This document shows, piece by piece, positions 7,874-16,743 of a stretch of 32,000 bases of DNA (positions within the stretch are counted from its first letter, which is position 1; every line of letters starts with the position of its first letter). A program made the position numbers and the translations under genes. The stretch is from Candidatus Electrothrix sp. GW3-4. Lineage in GTDB: Bacteria; Desulfobacterota; Desulfobulbia; Desulfobulbales; Desulfobulbaceae. Location of the stretch: positions 2,730,001-2,762,000 of the forward strand of contig NZ_CP147990.1 in NCBI RefSeq assembly GCF_037902255.1. Direction: 5' to 3'. A model generated the notes under the pieces. The model worked only from the letters and a program-made list of their open reading frames with translations, did not search any database and was not told where the DNA came from.

Positions 7874-8301
7874 AGCCTATCTTCGCTCCTGAGTAGCACA
7901 TATTGGCAGGCCTCTGCAAGCCGGGCAGCAACATACTGAACCCGGTTTTGCTCCCAGCTCTCCAGATCAAAGCAAATGGCGTCCTCACCGAGCAGACCGC
8001 CAGGGACGGCATCGCCCTGCCCTTCCGGGTCGCTAATCATGTCGGCATAAAAACAGACCGAAAGCCAACGTGGGCTGTCCTCAATCACGTCGATCATGGC
8101 CAAGAGCTCCCGGCTTGTCTGGGCCTTATGCGCTGCGCGCAGGGAATAGGTGACCCCAGGACGGGGGATGAATTGCAGCTGAATAGCCTCATCCCGTTCC
8201 AGCTGCCCTTTATAGCTGAGAAAGATCTCTTTGATTCTCTCCGGGCCCTCCTGCCAGTCGGCAAGAAAGGCCTTCAGGTCTACGTCCGTTGCTTGGCTCA
8301 T
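7870..8301 (-). CDS. Hypothetical protein (144 aa from ATG 8301), translationally coupled to PNP
   Basis: The ORF is open to 8415, but the ATG at 8301 has agagaggaag 5 nt upstream. Its stop overlaps the PNP ATG (ATGA). I recognise no motif. Confidence 0.5.
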   Translation of the reverse strand: MSQATDVDLKAFLADWQEGPERIKEIFLSYKGQLERDEAIQLQFIPRPGVTYSLRAAHKAQTSRELLAMIDVIEDSPRWLSVCFYADMISDPEGQGDAVPGGLLGEDAICFDLESWEQNRVQYVAARLAEACQYVLLRSEDRL

Positions 8302-8492
8302 CAATGCTTCCTCTCTTTTCTGATCAGAAGAAGGCATAATCATCATGCATGCCGACTTCCTTTTCAATATATTTCCTTTTGTGCAGGTTATAACGAATTC
8401 TCTTTCCTTGCACAAGGAGCAATGAAAGGCCTGATCTGCTGCGCCCTCAGAAAGAATACTTTCTCCTCTTCAGGAAAAAGGGGACAGATTTA

Positions 8493-8676
8493 TGGCATGC
8501 TTCATATGCCGGTTGACACTTTCTGGATGGATTGAATCTCATCTCAAACAAGAGAACTGCTACAATACACATAAAGTCAAACCGTTGGGGAGGCGCTTGG
8601 CTTGTCCTGTGCTAATAGCTTGGCACAGTTCTTGCGAAAAGTGTCAACTACTTTTTGGGGTATATGAAGCATGCCA
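8493..8676. repeat. 184-bp inverted-repeat element flanked by GATTTA direct repeats (MITE-like or regulatory)
   Basis: The outer arms tggcatgcttcatat (8493-8507) and atatgaagcatgcca (8662-8676) are perfect complements. The inner arms gttgacacttt (8512-8522) and aaagtgtcaac (8638-8648) are too. GATTTA lies at 8487-8492 and 8677-8682. Confidence 0.4.
8621..8635 (+). promoter_or_regulatory. Sigma54-type -24/-12 promoter (TGGCAC-N5-TTGC)
   Basis: tTGGCACagttcTTGCg matches the consensus core exactly. It is intergenic, on the + strand, and faces the 3' end of the minus-strand kinase gene. No + strand CDS follows. Confidence 0.4.
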
Positions 8677-8761
8677 GATTTATTACACGACCTTGCCCGG
8701 CCGCACAATAAATCCGTCCCCTTTTTATTCTTCCGGCATAAAACCCCTATGTATTCCCTGG

Positions 8762-11700
8762 TTACCCTGGGTCGCCCTCGTGTTTTTTATCCTGGTCATC
8801 CAGCACCGAGCGCACCTTGGTCGCCAAATCCTGTCTGGAAAAAGGTTTTTGAATATAATTGATCCCTTCCTGAAATACCCCATTCGGAGCAATGACATCA
8901 CCTGTATAACCGGACATGAACAGGCATTTCATTGACGGATAAAGGGCAAGAAGCCTCTCGGCAAGATCCCGACCTGTCATCTCTGGCATGATCATATCGG
9001 TTAACAGCAAATCAATGTCGCCATCTCGTTCCTTCGCTATCCGCAGTGCTTCTCCCGGCATCGAGGCTGGAAACACCATATATCCACACGTCTCCAGCAC
9101 ATTTTTCACCATAGTTAGCACGATGCCTTCATCTTCAACCAGCAGGATGGTTTCAGATCCCCTGGCAATCTGGCTGGCCGTCCTTTGCTCTTCCCTTTGC
9201 TCGTCCTCGACAAGATGACGGGGCAAATAAATCTTGAAGGTCGAGCCATGCCCCGGCTCACTGTACACATGAACAAACCCATTGTTCTGCTTGATAATGC
9301 CGTAGATCGTTGCAAGGCCAAGTCCGGTACCCTTTCCCAGACCCTTCGTGGTAAAAAAAGGTTCGAAAATTTTCTCCACAGTCTCCCTTGCCATGCCACA
9401 GCCGCTATCACTAACAACCAGCAGCACATAGGCCCCTGGCAGGGCATCAGCATGATCACGGCAGTACACTTCGTCGAAAATGACATTTCGTGTTTCAATA
9501 ATAACTTTACCCACATCCGTGATGGCATCTCGAGCATTGACGCAGAGGTTGGCCAGGATCTGATCAAGCTGAGAGGGGTCCATCCTTACTAACCATAATT
9601 CCGCCCCTGGCATCCAGACAAGGCTGATATTTTCACCAATCAGCTTCTGCAGGAGCTTGAGCATGCTTGCCACGGCTTCATTCAGATCAAGCACCTTGGG
9701 GGTTACCGCCTGTTTACGGGCAAAGGCGAGCAATTGACGAGTCAGATCTGCGGAACGTTGGGCAGCATCATAAATATTCTGCATCATTTTATAGAGTGGC
9801 TGGGCCGGGTCAATCTCTTCTATCGCCATCTCAGTGTAGGGAAGGATAACGCTCAGCATATTGTTGTAGTCATGTGCCACTCCGCCTGCCAGGCGTCCCA
9901 CGGATTCCATCTTCTGGGCCTGGAGTAACTGATCATGCATTTTCTCCTGCTCCCGTTCCGCCTGCTTGCGCGCGCTAATATTGACCAGGGAAACAATTAC
10001 CCGGGCAAGGTCTGTTTCGTGACCAGGACAAACAGAAAAATAAATAGTCACCTCCCGTTTCTCTGCCGCCAGGGTCTGAACCACGCTATCTTCCATCATC
10101 TCTGTGCCGCCATTCCATAAAAGAATCAATTCCTGTCGGAAGGTGGCAAATGACAGGGGGGTAAAGATTTGGGCCAGGCCAGCCAACAACTCCTCCTTAT
10201 TCGTCGCCCCGTGCAGGGCAAGAGTCGCCCGATTCACATCAATAATATGCACCGATTCGGCACACTGCTGGACCGTATCTGGGTGTTGGTCAAAATAGTC
10301 CTCAATATCAGTGACTCCGCTTTTTTTCAAACTTCCAAAGATATCTCTAACTCCAGAGAAATCCTCCTCCCAGAGGGAGATGGGAGAATTTTCAAAAACC
10401 AGACGATAGCGGGCCTCGCTCTCCTGCAGATTTCGATTCATCTGCAGACTGGTTATAGCCTCCTCCAGCCGTCTGCCGACCTCCTGAAGAACCCTTTCCT
10501 CCTCCTTGGTCCAGCTCCGCTCAGAGCTGCACTGATGCACACCAACTTGCCATGGTTTGTCCGTTTTTGGATAAAGCGCCATGGCCATGAAACTTTTAAA
10601 AGCAAACTGTTCTGCGACCTCCACTGGCAGAGGAAACTTGGCTCCCGGCCCAAATTTCACCGGGCCATCAGCCTCCAGCAAATCATCTAATGTTTGTGCG
10701 AAATGGGGATCCATGTCTATTTCAAGGCCCAGTGAGAAAGCTCCAGGGTACTCAGGCCTGGTTTGCTCCACGGGAACACTCCAGGTTGGAGAGGTTGGCT
10801 CACAGGGGTACAGAAGAAAGGCCCGGTCGCAATTTAAGGCGCTTAGTACCACATCAAGGACACTGCTCATCATCTGCTCAAGATCACTGTTCTCTTGAAT
10901 GGCTCGGTTTACGCTATCCATTATTTTCAGGAAGCGGAGGTGGGCGAGACGTTCCTGTTCCGCCACCTTGCGGTCGGTGATATCGTGGACAAAGGTGCAG
11001 ATCAGGCTAGGTTGGCCGTTAGCATCGTGGGCAATGGCGAACTTGCTGACCTGCCAAACACAGCTCTGACCATGGAGGTCGATTTCCATCTCTTGCTCCA
11101 GCGGTCTGCCGTCAGCAAAGACCATGCCATTACTCTTGGTCAGATGCTCGATATCCGCTGCGGAAAGATTCCCCTCAAGTTGTTTCGTCAAGGCTTGGCC
11201 CTTGCGGCAAGAGCCAAAGAGGTGCTCAGCCTGATCGCTGCAGGCCAGCAGCAGGCCCTGCTGGTTTATTATGGTGATCGGCAAGGGGGCATGGGTCATA
11301 ATCCCCCGAAGTTGGGCGGCAAGGGCATAGTGGGCACCGCCGAAATGGTAACTGAGCAGCATAATGCCCCCCATGGCAATAAGGGTCAGGAGAACAATCA
11401 GGATAATGATACGGATCACGGTGGCCCGCTGTTCCTTGCGGACCTCCTCCATCTTGATGCCAATACGTACCGCACCGACAATCTGCTTATCCAACTCACT
11501 GCGAAAAGGCAGCACCACTTCCTTGATGACTTGGCCTTCGTGGAGATGTTCGACCGACAAGACCAAATTTTTTTGCAAACTCAGTTCCCGTAACCTTGCA
11601 TCTTCCCTCTCCTTCAGATGTGTATCGTTTTTCTCGGGCTGGCTGTGGGCCAGAATCTTCCCCTCTTGAGTTTCTACCGAAATAAAGGCCAGGGCAGGGA

Positions 11701-11950
11701 GCCGACTCTGGATCTCTTCAACAAAGAGGCGGGCATGGTATTTGCCTGAAAAGCTCACCTTACCAATGGACTCTGCAAAAATAATGGCGAGCATTGAGGC
11801 TAATCGGTCCTCTTCCTTTTCATGGAGCTGGGTAAAGAGGTAGCCAGCAGTGCTGGAGAGCGTAAGCATCAACAGGAGAACCACAGCGCCAAAGCTGAGG
11901 GCAAGCTTACGATGCTGAGAGGAGCGTGATGGGGGAGAAGAAAAAGGCAT
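8762..11950 (-). CDS. Hybrid sensor histidine kinase (TM - periplasmic domain - TM - PAS/GAF/PAS - HisKA - HATPase - REC)
   Basis: The H-box is [12 protein letters not shown] (His codon 9872-9874). The N box is [11 protein letters not shown], with G boxes DSGCGM and GTGLGLA. The C-terminal receiver is ETILLVEDE...LLLTDMIMP (Asp codon 8996-8998)...KPF. I chose the ATG at 11950 because the longer ORF (to 12112) would overlap the upstream gene. Confidence 0.9.
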   Translation of the reverse strand: MPFSSPPSRSSQHRKLALSFGAVVLLLMLTLSSTAGYLFTQLHEKEEDRLASMLAIIFAESIGKVSFSGKYHARLFVEEIQSRLPALAFISVETQEGKILAHSQPEKNDTHLKEREDARLRELSLQKNLVLSVEHLHEGQVIKEVVLPFRSELDKQIVGAVRIGIKMEEVRKEQRATVIRIIILIVLLTLIAMGGIMLLSYHFGGAHYALAAQLRGIMTHAPLPITIINQQGLLLACSDQAEHLFGSCRKGQALTKQLEGNLSAADIEHLTKSNGMVFADGRPLEQEMEIDLHGQSCVWQVSKFAIAHDANGQPSLICTFVHDITDRKVAEQERLAHLRFLKIMDSVNRAIQENSDLEQMMSSVLDVVLSALNCDRAFLLYPCEPTSPTWSVPVEQTRPEYPGAFSLGLEIDMDPHFAQTLDDLLEADGPVKFGPGAKFPLPVEVAEQFAFKSFMAMALYPKTDKPWQVGVHQCSSERSWTKEEERVLQEVGRRLEEAITSLQMNRNLQESEARYRLVFENSPISLWEEDFSGVRDIFGSLKKSGVTDIEDYFDQHPDTVQQCAESVHIIDVNRATLALHGATNKEELLAGLAQIFTPLSFATFRQELILLWNGGTEMMEDSVVQTLAAEKREVTIYFSVCPGHETDLARVIVSLVNISARKQAEREQEKMHDQLLQAQKMESVGRLAGGVAHDYNNMLSVILPYTEMAIEEIDPAQPLYKMMQNIYDAAQRSADLTRQLLAFARKQAVTPKVLDLNEAVASMLKLLQKLIGENISLVWMPGAELWLVRMDPSQLDQILANLCVNARDAITDVGKVIIETRNVIFDEVYCRDHADALPGAYVLLVVSDSGCGMARETVEKIFEPFFTTKGLGKGTGLGLATIYGIIKQNNGFVHVYSEPGHGSTFKIYLPRHLVEDEQREEQRTASQIARGSETILLVEDEGIVLTMVKNVLETCGYMVFPASMPGEALRIAKERDGDIDLLLTDMIMPEMTGRDLAERLLALYPSMKCLFMSGYTGDVIAPNGVFQEGINYIQKPFSRQDLATKVRSVLDDQDKKHEGDPG

Positions 11951-11954
11951 GGAT

Positions 11955-13046
11955 TTACTCCGGGCGTTTATGACGAACAACCCGGAGCTGTCCCTTCCAG
12001 AACGGTGCCTGACTTTGCCAGCTTTTTTTAAAATCAGTCGGAATTGGTCCGAGCCAGCCAGGATAGAGATGCAGGGTCTCCATGGTAATAGGAAAAACAG
12101 GAACCAAGGCATGGTAGGGAGGCTGCTGCCCGTTCAACAGCGCAAAGGTAGCCTTCATCGCCTCAGCCCCCAGAGGTCCACAAAATTGGGCACAGTCCAC
12201 TACGGTCAACCTCCCGGACCTGATATTGTCCACCGAGGCCGGATCGCCGTCAATGGTGGCCACCATGATCTCCTTGCGGCCAGCAGCTGCCAGGGCCTCA
12301 ACCACCGAGAGGCCGCCACCGTCGTTGACGGTGAAAACAACATCAACGCTGCCAGGTTGTGGGAAGTCTCGGAGGATATCCCGACCAGCCTTTTGACCAC
12401 TGACCGGCTCCACCGCAAAATAGCTCTTAAGGATTTTAGAGCGACGGCCAGAGGTGTGCAGGCCATCAAGGAAGCCGTTCACCCGCTCCACCGTAGAGGA
12501 GACATGGGGATACTCTACGAGAATCAGACGGATTTCCTTATCTGGCGGGAATTTGTCTAAGATATATTCACCATCAAGATAGCCAGCCTGATAATTGTCG
12601 GAGGTACGATAGGCGGCTAGCCTTCCACCACTGATATACTGATCATAGGCCACCACCGGAACCCCTGCCTTGTTGGCGGCCCGCAAAGGGGCAGCCAGGG
12701 CTGCGTTATCGGTTGGCTGAATGATGATCGCGTCAACCTGCAGCACCAGTAACTCATGCATTTGCTGGATTTGTTTTTCAATGCCACCCTCACCATCTCC
12801 GGCCACCCGAGGCAGCAGTTTTATGGAATGACCGTTTAAAGCCTTGTTCATCTGCCTGGCCTCTTCCTCCAACCCCTGGCGCATGGCCACTTGGCCAGGT
12901 ATATTCATAGACCAATAGAGCACTCCCACCCGAAACTCCTTGGCTTGAGCCGTAACTCCTGCGAAAAGCAAAAACACTGCAAAGAAAAGAACTGGGGATA
13001 AATGTTGCGAAAAGACGAAGGGGGTATGCCAAGCTTGCATGTTCAT
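11955..13046 (-). CDS. Periplasmic binding protein, type-1 (ribose/galactose-binding-like), partner of the kinase
   Basis: Signal peptide ...LLFAGVTAQA/KE. The blocks VGVLYWSMNIPGQ and IIIQPTDNAALAAPLRAANKAGVPVVAYD have the RbsB-type pattern. The stop lies 4 nt before the kinase ATG. I chose the ATG at 13046. Confidence 0.8.
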   Translation of the reverse strand: MNMQAWHTPFVFSQHLSPVLFFAVFLLFAGVTAQAKEFRVGVLYWSMNIPGQVAMRQGLEEEARQMNKALNGHSIKLLPRVAGDGEGGIEKQIQQMHELLVLQVDAIIIQPTDNAALAAPLRAANKAGVPVVAYDQYISGGRLAAYRTSDNYQAGYLDGEYILDKFPPDKEIRLILVEYPHVSSTVERVNGFLDGLHTSGRRSKILKSYFAVEPVSGQKAGRDILRDFPQPGSVDVVFTVNDGGGLSVVEALAAAGRKEIMVATIDGDPASVDNIRSGRLTVVDCAQFCGPLGAEAMKATFALLNGQQPPYHALVPVFPITMETLHLYPGWLGPIPTDFKKSWQSQAPFWKGQLRVVRHKRPE

Positions 13047-13123
13047 ATTCTTTTTCAGCAGAAATTCGCTTAAATAAACAGGGTCAGAACAAGCCTGCAA
13101 GCCTTGTTCCTTGCCCTCCAAAT

Positions 13124-13148
13124 GATTGGTCGATTGGTCGCATTGATT
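13124..13148 (-). promoter_or_regulatory. Tandem 8-mer GATTGGTC x2 plus ATTGATT, a possible regulator site upstream of the binding-protein/kinase operon
   Basis: A perfect direct repeat at 13124-13131 and 13132-13139, about 80-100 nt upstream of the ATG at 13046. Confidence 0.2.
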
Positions 13149-13259
13149 ACACTATGCTCAATTACAATGATTTCAAAGGTGTTTTTTCAGTTTAAAATGG
13201 CAATTATTCTCATTTTTTATTGACATAACGTAAAGTTGACCAACTCAGAAAATTGCGTT

Positions 13260-13577
13260 ATGAGCAATAAGCCAAGTAACGGCATCTTTAAAATCGGCTT
13301 GTATCCTGACATCCACCAGATAATCACCTTGGGATCTATAGGATATTTTTTTTTGCACCAAGCTGATCTCATTCCCTTGAAAATAAAGCAGATTAGAAAG
13401 GCGGAAACTCTTATCCTTTTTCAGGCCTTGCAGGTCCTCATATTGGATCTGAAAAGTCCGATCACGCTCCAAGCAGCCGAACAAAAAAGACTGATCAACG
13501 CAGAGAGAATCAAACAGGTATATTTGTTCAGAAGTATGCCTCAAAGAGTTTTTGATGATTCTATAAAGAAAGGATAA
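13260..13577 (+). CDS. Hypothetical 105-aa protein (strand uncertain; a codon-aligned mirror ORF exists on the minus strand at 13245..13592)
   Basis: The + frame has an ATG and a slightly better purine bias at codon position 1, by my hand count. The minus frame needs a TTG start. Neither has a clear Shine-Dalgarno sequence or a recognisable motif. Confidence 0.25.
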   Translation: MSNKPSNGIFKIGLYPDIHQIITLGSIGYFFLHQADLIPLKIKQIRKAETLILFQALQVLILDLKSPITLQAAEQKRLINAERIKQVYLFRSMPQRVFDDSIKKG

Positions 13578-14075
13578 TACCTTGTGGGTCAATATCTTTC
13601 AAGACCGACAAAGCCCTATGAGCCGAGCCTCCCTGAGGTGGATCCATGCAGCAAGTAACACAGACCTCATTTTGCCCGCATGTTTGGGCAATATGCCCAG
13701 TTCAAATGGGGGATTCGCCTTATTATAAGGGCATGGTGCACGGGAGAGAAAGGGCATCGCCCCCAATGTATCCTACTGTATATTCCCCCTTCCTCTATTG
13801 CGGTCATTTTTTCCTCATTTTACACGATCACTGTTCTTTTTTCGCACCTCATACAACCCGACCTAACTACAGCATGTGACCTGGCTTTCTACAACCGCAA
13901 GCACCCCCGACCAGCTTCCCTCCAATTCCCCCTGAAACTCTTCCGGGATACAGTTTGGTATTTTATTCTGGAAACCTTCCCATATCAGTTTACTTTTCTC
14001 GTCCTGAATGCTTAACTATATTCATCCAATTTAAATTTCAGTCCTTTTTTCATTTTTTTCTTTACCACCAGTCCC

Positions 14076-14615
14076 ATGAAACATGGAGTATCAGACATGA
14101 GTGATGAGCATGATCATGAATTGGCCTACCGACTTTCGCGCCTTACAAGTATCGTTACGATTTTTCTGGCTTTTTCCTTAGTGATAATTCTTGGCCTGAT
14201 AGAAAAGCAGGACAAAGACTCTCAATCCCTTGCACTCATTATTCTTGTGATGCTCGTGTCAGGAGCCTTAGGTGGATGTCTCTATAACCTCCGAGGGATA
14301 ATGAAACACATGGCGCATGAAGATTTTTTCAAGCACTTTGAACTTACCTATAAACTGAGGCCTCTTTACGGAGCGATATGTGGCGTGTTTGTGTTTGCGT
14401 TGTTCTATGGTGGCCTGCTTCAGCTGACCGCTGTCAACTCGTCTGAGGAAAAATTAAACTCCCAATCAATCATCTTGTACTTAGGTGTCGCCTTGCTCGC
14501 AGGTTATGGCTCTCATGAGTTTCTCAAAAAGGTAAAAGATGTGAACAAAACAATCTTCGCTCTTAGCGAATCTGAGGAAAAAGAAGACAAGAAAAAAATG
14601 GAGTCCGATCTTTGA
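14076..14615 (+). CDS. Hypothetical membrane protein, 4 predicted TM helices, acidic/Lys-rich C-terminal tail
   Basis: Four hydrophobic segments (SIVTIFLAFSLVIILGLI, LALIILVMLVSGALGG, LYGAICGVFVFALFYGGLL, SIILYLGVALLAGYG) and the tail SESEEKEDKKKMESDL. An alternative start lies at 14097. Confidence 0.55.
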   Translation: MKHGVSDMSDEHDHELAYRLSRLTSIVTIFLAFSLVIILGLIEKQDKDSQSLALIILVMLVSGALGGCLYNLRGIMKHMAHEDFFKHFELTYKLRPLYGAICGVFVFALFYGGLLQLTAVNSSEEKLNSQSIILYLGVALLAGYGSHEFLKKVKDVNKTIFALSESEEKEDKKKMESDL

Positions 14616-14765
14616 CAGCGATTTCCCTGCACCACCGTTTCGCCAGGAACAGGTCAACTCCAATCATCTTTATACGTTGGCTCCTTGCAAAGGAAGTCGC
14701 ATAACAGATATGTTGTTAACCAACATGAGGAAAATGGCTCATAAATCTTAAAAGGAGGGTATGCT

Positions 14766-14957
14766 ATGAATATGAAGCAAGTGAGAAAGAAAGCTGTAAT
14801 GATGGGAATTAAACCCCGAAAGATGAAAAAAACGCATCTGATTCATGCGATCCAGACTGAAGAGGGAAATTCACCGTGTTTTCTGACAGAGAATGACTCA
14901 TGCGAACAGACTGATTGCTGTTGGCGAAGTGATTGTTTACCGGTAGGCAGCAATTAA
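14766..14957 (+). CDS. Small protein with a Rho_N/SAP-like N-terminus and a Cys-rich C-terminus (63 aa)
   Basis: A strong Shine-Dalgarno sequence aaaggaggg lies 6 nt upstream. KMKKTHLIHAIQTEEGN resembles the helix-hairpin of Rho N-terminal/SAP domains. The C-terminus is C-x9-C-x4-CC-x4-C (PCFLTENDSCEQTDCCWRSDC). Confidence 0.6.
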   Translation: MNMKQVRKKAVMMGIKPRKMKKTHLIHAIQTEEGNSPCFLTENDSCEQTDCCWRSDCLPVGSN

Positions 14958-15597
14958 TATGAGAGCGTCGCGCTTGATCTGACAGGAAGGCTGTTTTCTC
15001 CGACCTGTTGAATGTCTATTCAGGTGGTCGGAGTCCGCATAAGTGATGTTATGTTAAGTCGCCTCACGAACCCTTTAAAGGCAACACCGATGTTCTTGAT
15101 GAAGGGGCGGGAGGATATGAACCTGAAATAGCCTGCGTAAGACATGTCCAACGAAAAAGAAAAATCATCCACAGAATCGCACCTCATTGTTCTCAACGTA
15201 TCACTTTATTTCCGCTCAGATTATAGCGAATTCCCTTCTCTTTCACAAGAAAACAAAGACGCCTCTTCATAAAACTCCCCAGAAAGAGTCCTTCGCCAGC
15301 CACTGCGCTTCCCCAACAATCGTAATCCGTCCTTTACAAAACAAAATAACAGGATATTATAAGCATACAATAACATATTTATTTTCGAATGGTTATCGCG
15401 AGAGCAGCTGATGTTTTTTCCGCCATTTTCAGTGGGTTTTTTTCTTTTTTTCGAGTAGAACTAAACCAGTTGGACTTCCCGCAATGATGCACGGGATATC
15501 ATGCGGCAACAAACACCCAACAGGCAGTCTTCTATGCTGTCGAATATATGCTCACTTCATTTCCTCTTGAAATAATTTAAACCTCAAGGAGTGATTT

Positions 15598-16734
15598 ATG
15601 ATAATTGCGGTCATGAAGGTAAGGCACCCGAGGGAAAAACGGGTGCCGCTGATTCCCTCGACAGTAGCCAAACTGGTCAAACTCGGGGCTGAGGTGGTTA
15701 TTGAATCCGGCCTGGGTATGAGCTGCCGCTTTACAGATGAGGCGTATCAAGAAGCTGGCGCCACCATCGGGGCCTCACGCGAGGATATGCTCAAACGAGC
15801 CGATATCATTCTCCGTCTGCGTAAGCCTCCCAAAGACGAAGTCATTCTTATGAAAAAAGGTTGCATTCATGTCAGCTATCTTGATCCCTTTAATGAGGCT
15901 GACCTTGTTGATACCCTGAAGGATGCATGGGCATCAGCAATCAGCCTGGAGATGATTCCGCGTACCACTGTTGCGCAGAAAATGGATGTCCTCTCCTCCC
16001 AGGCCAATCTCGGTGGCTATGCCGCGGTGACCCTGGCAGCGGAGCAATTGGATAGGGTTTTCCCCATGATGACCACCCCGGCCGGAACCATAAAGCCTGC
16101 GCAGGTCTTTATTATCGGCGTCGGCGTTGCTGGCCTCCAGGCCATTGCCACTGCCAAACGCCTGGGGGCGCGGGTTGAGGCCTTTGACACCCGGCCGGTG
16201 GTAGAGGAGCAGGTAAAATCCCTGGGAGCAAAATTTGTTACGGTTGATCTTGGTGAAACCGGTCAAACCAAGGACGGATATGCCAAGGCCCTGACCCCAG
16301 AACAAATGGCCCTGCAAAAAGAAGGTATGGCCAAGGCCTGTGCCAGGGCTGATGTTGTCATCACCACAGCCCAGCTCTTCGGGCGACCAGCTCCCCGCAT
16401 TATTGATCATACCATTCTGGCCCAAATGCGCCCCGGTTCCGTGATTATTGATATGGCCGTGGAAACCGGTGGAAATGTGGAGGGCTCTGAGGTGGATACG
16501 ATTGTTGAAGTCGAGGGCGTAAAAATTCTGGGAATTGCCAACCTTCCCGGACGGGTTGCTACCACAGCCAGCCAGATGTATTCAGCCAACCTCGGGAGTT
16601 TTATTGAGCATTTCTGGGATAAAGAGAACAAGGTGCTGACGGTGGATCAGGACGACGAAATCATGCAAGGGGCATTGATCACCCATAACGGCGAAATCGT
16701 CAGCAAGATGTACAAAAACATTATGAATAAATGA
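15598..16734 (+). CDS. pntAA: NAD(P) transhydrogenase subunit alpha, part 1 (dI)
   Basis: The 378-aa product has an AlaDH/PNT fold and the Rossmann motif VFIIGVGVAGLQAIATAKRLGA. The Shine-Dalgarno sequence aaggag lies 6 nt upstream. Confidence 0.9.
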   Translation: MIIAVMKVRHPREKRVPLIPSTVAKLVKLGAEVVIESGLGMSCRFTDEAYQEAGATIGASREDMLKRADIILRLRKPPKDEVILMKKGCIHVSYLDPFNEADLVDTLKDAWASAISLEMIPRTTVAQKMDVLSSQANLGGYAAVTLAAEQLDRVFPMMTTPAGTIKPAQVFIIGVGVAGLQAIATAKRLGARVEAFDTRPVVEEQVKSLGAKFVTVDLGETGQTKDGYAKALTPEQMALQKEGMAKACARADVVITTAQLFGRPAPRIIDHTILAQMRPGSVIIDMAVETGGNVEGSEVDTIVEVEGVKILGIANLPGRVATTASQMYSANLGSFIEHFWDKENKVLTVDQDDEIMQGALITHNGEIVSKMYKNIMNK

Positions 16735-16743
16735 GGATAAGTA

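Noticed and set aside
11951-12112. A 54-codon N-terminal extension of the kinase ORF.
   Set aside because: It overlaps the 3' end of the binding-protein gene. The ATG at 11950 lies 4 nt after that gene's stop and is followed by a normal cytoplasmic-tail-plus-TM start.
5823-12560. Many long + strand ORFs opposite mtaD, PNP, the kinase and the binding protein. Examples are 6702..7307, 7463..7939, 7903..8535, 10169..10690, 10895..11593 and 11949..12560.
   Set aside because: They are antisense shadows of minus-strand genes that have strong motif support. Their translations are low-complexity (R/G/P/L-rich), have no motifs, and lack Shine-Dalgarno sequences.
13646-14015. ORFs 13646..13879 and 13680..14015 (+) in the AT-rich gap.
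   Set aside because: Their composition is implausible (runs of F/L/I/P/S). They have no ribosome-binding site and overlap each other in different frames. I treated the region as non-coding.
15187-15411. A 74-aa + ORF in the pnt upstream region.
   Set aside because: It needs a TTG start, has no Shine-Dalgarno sequence, and its composition looks non-protein-like.
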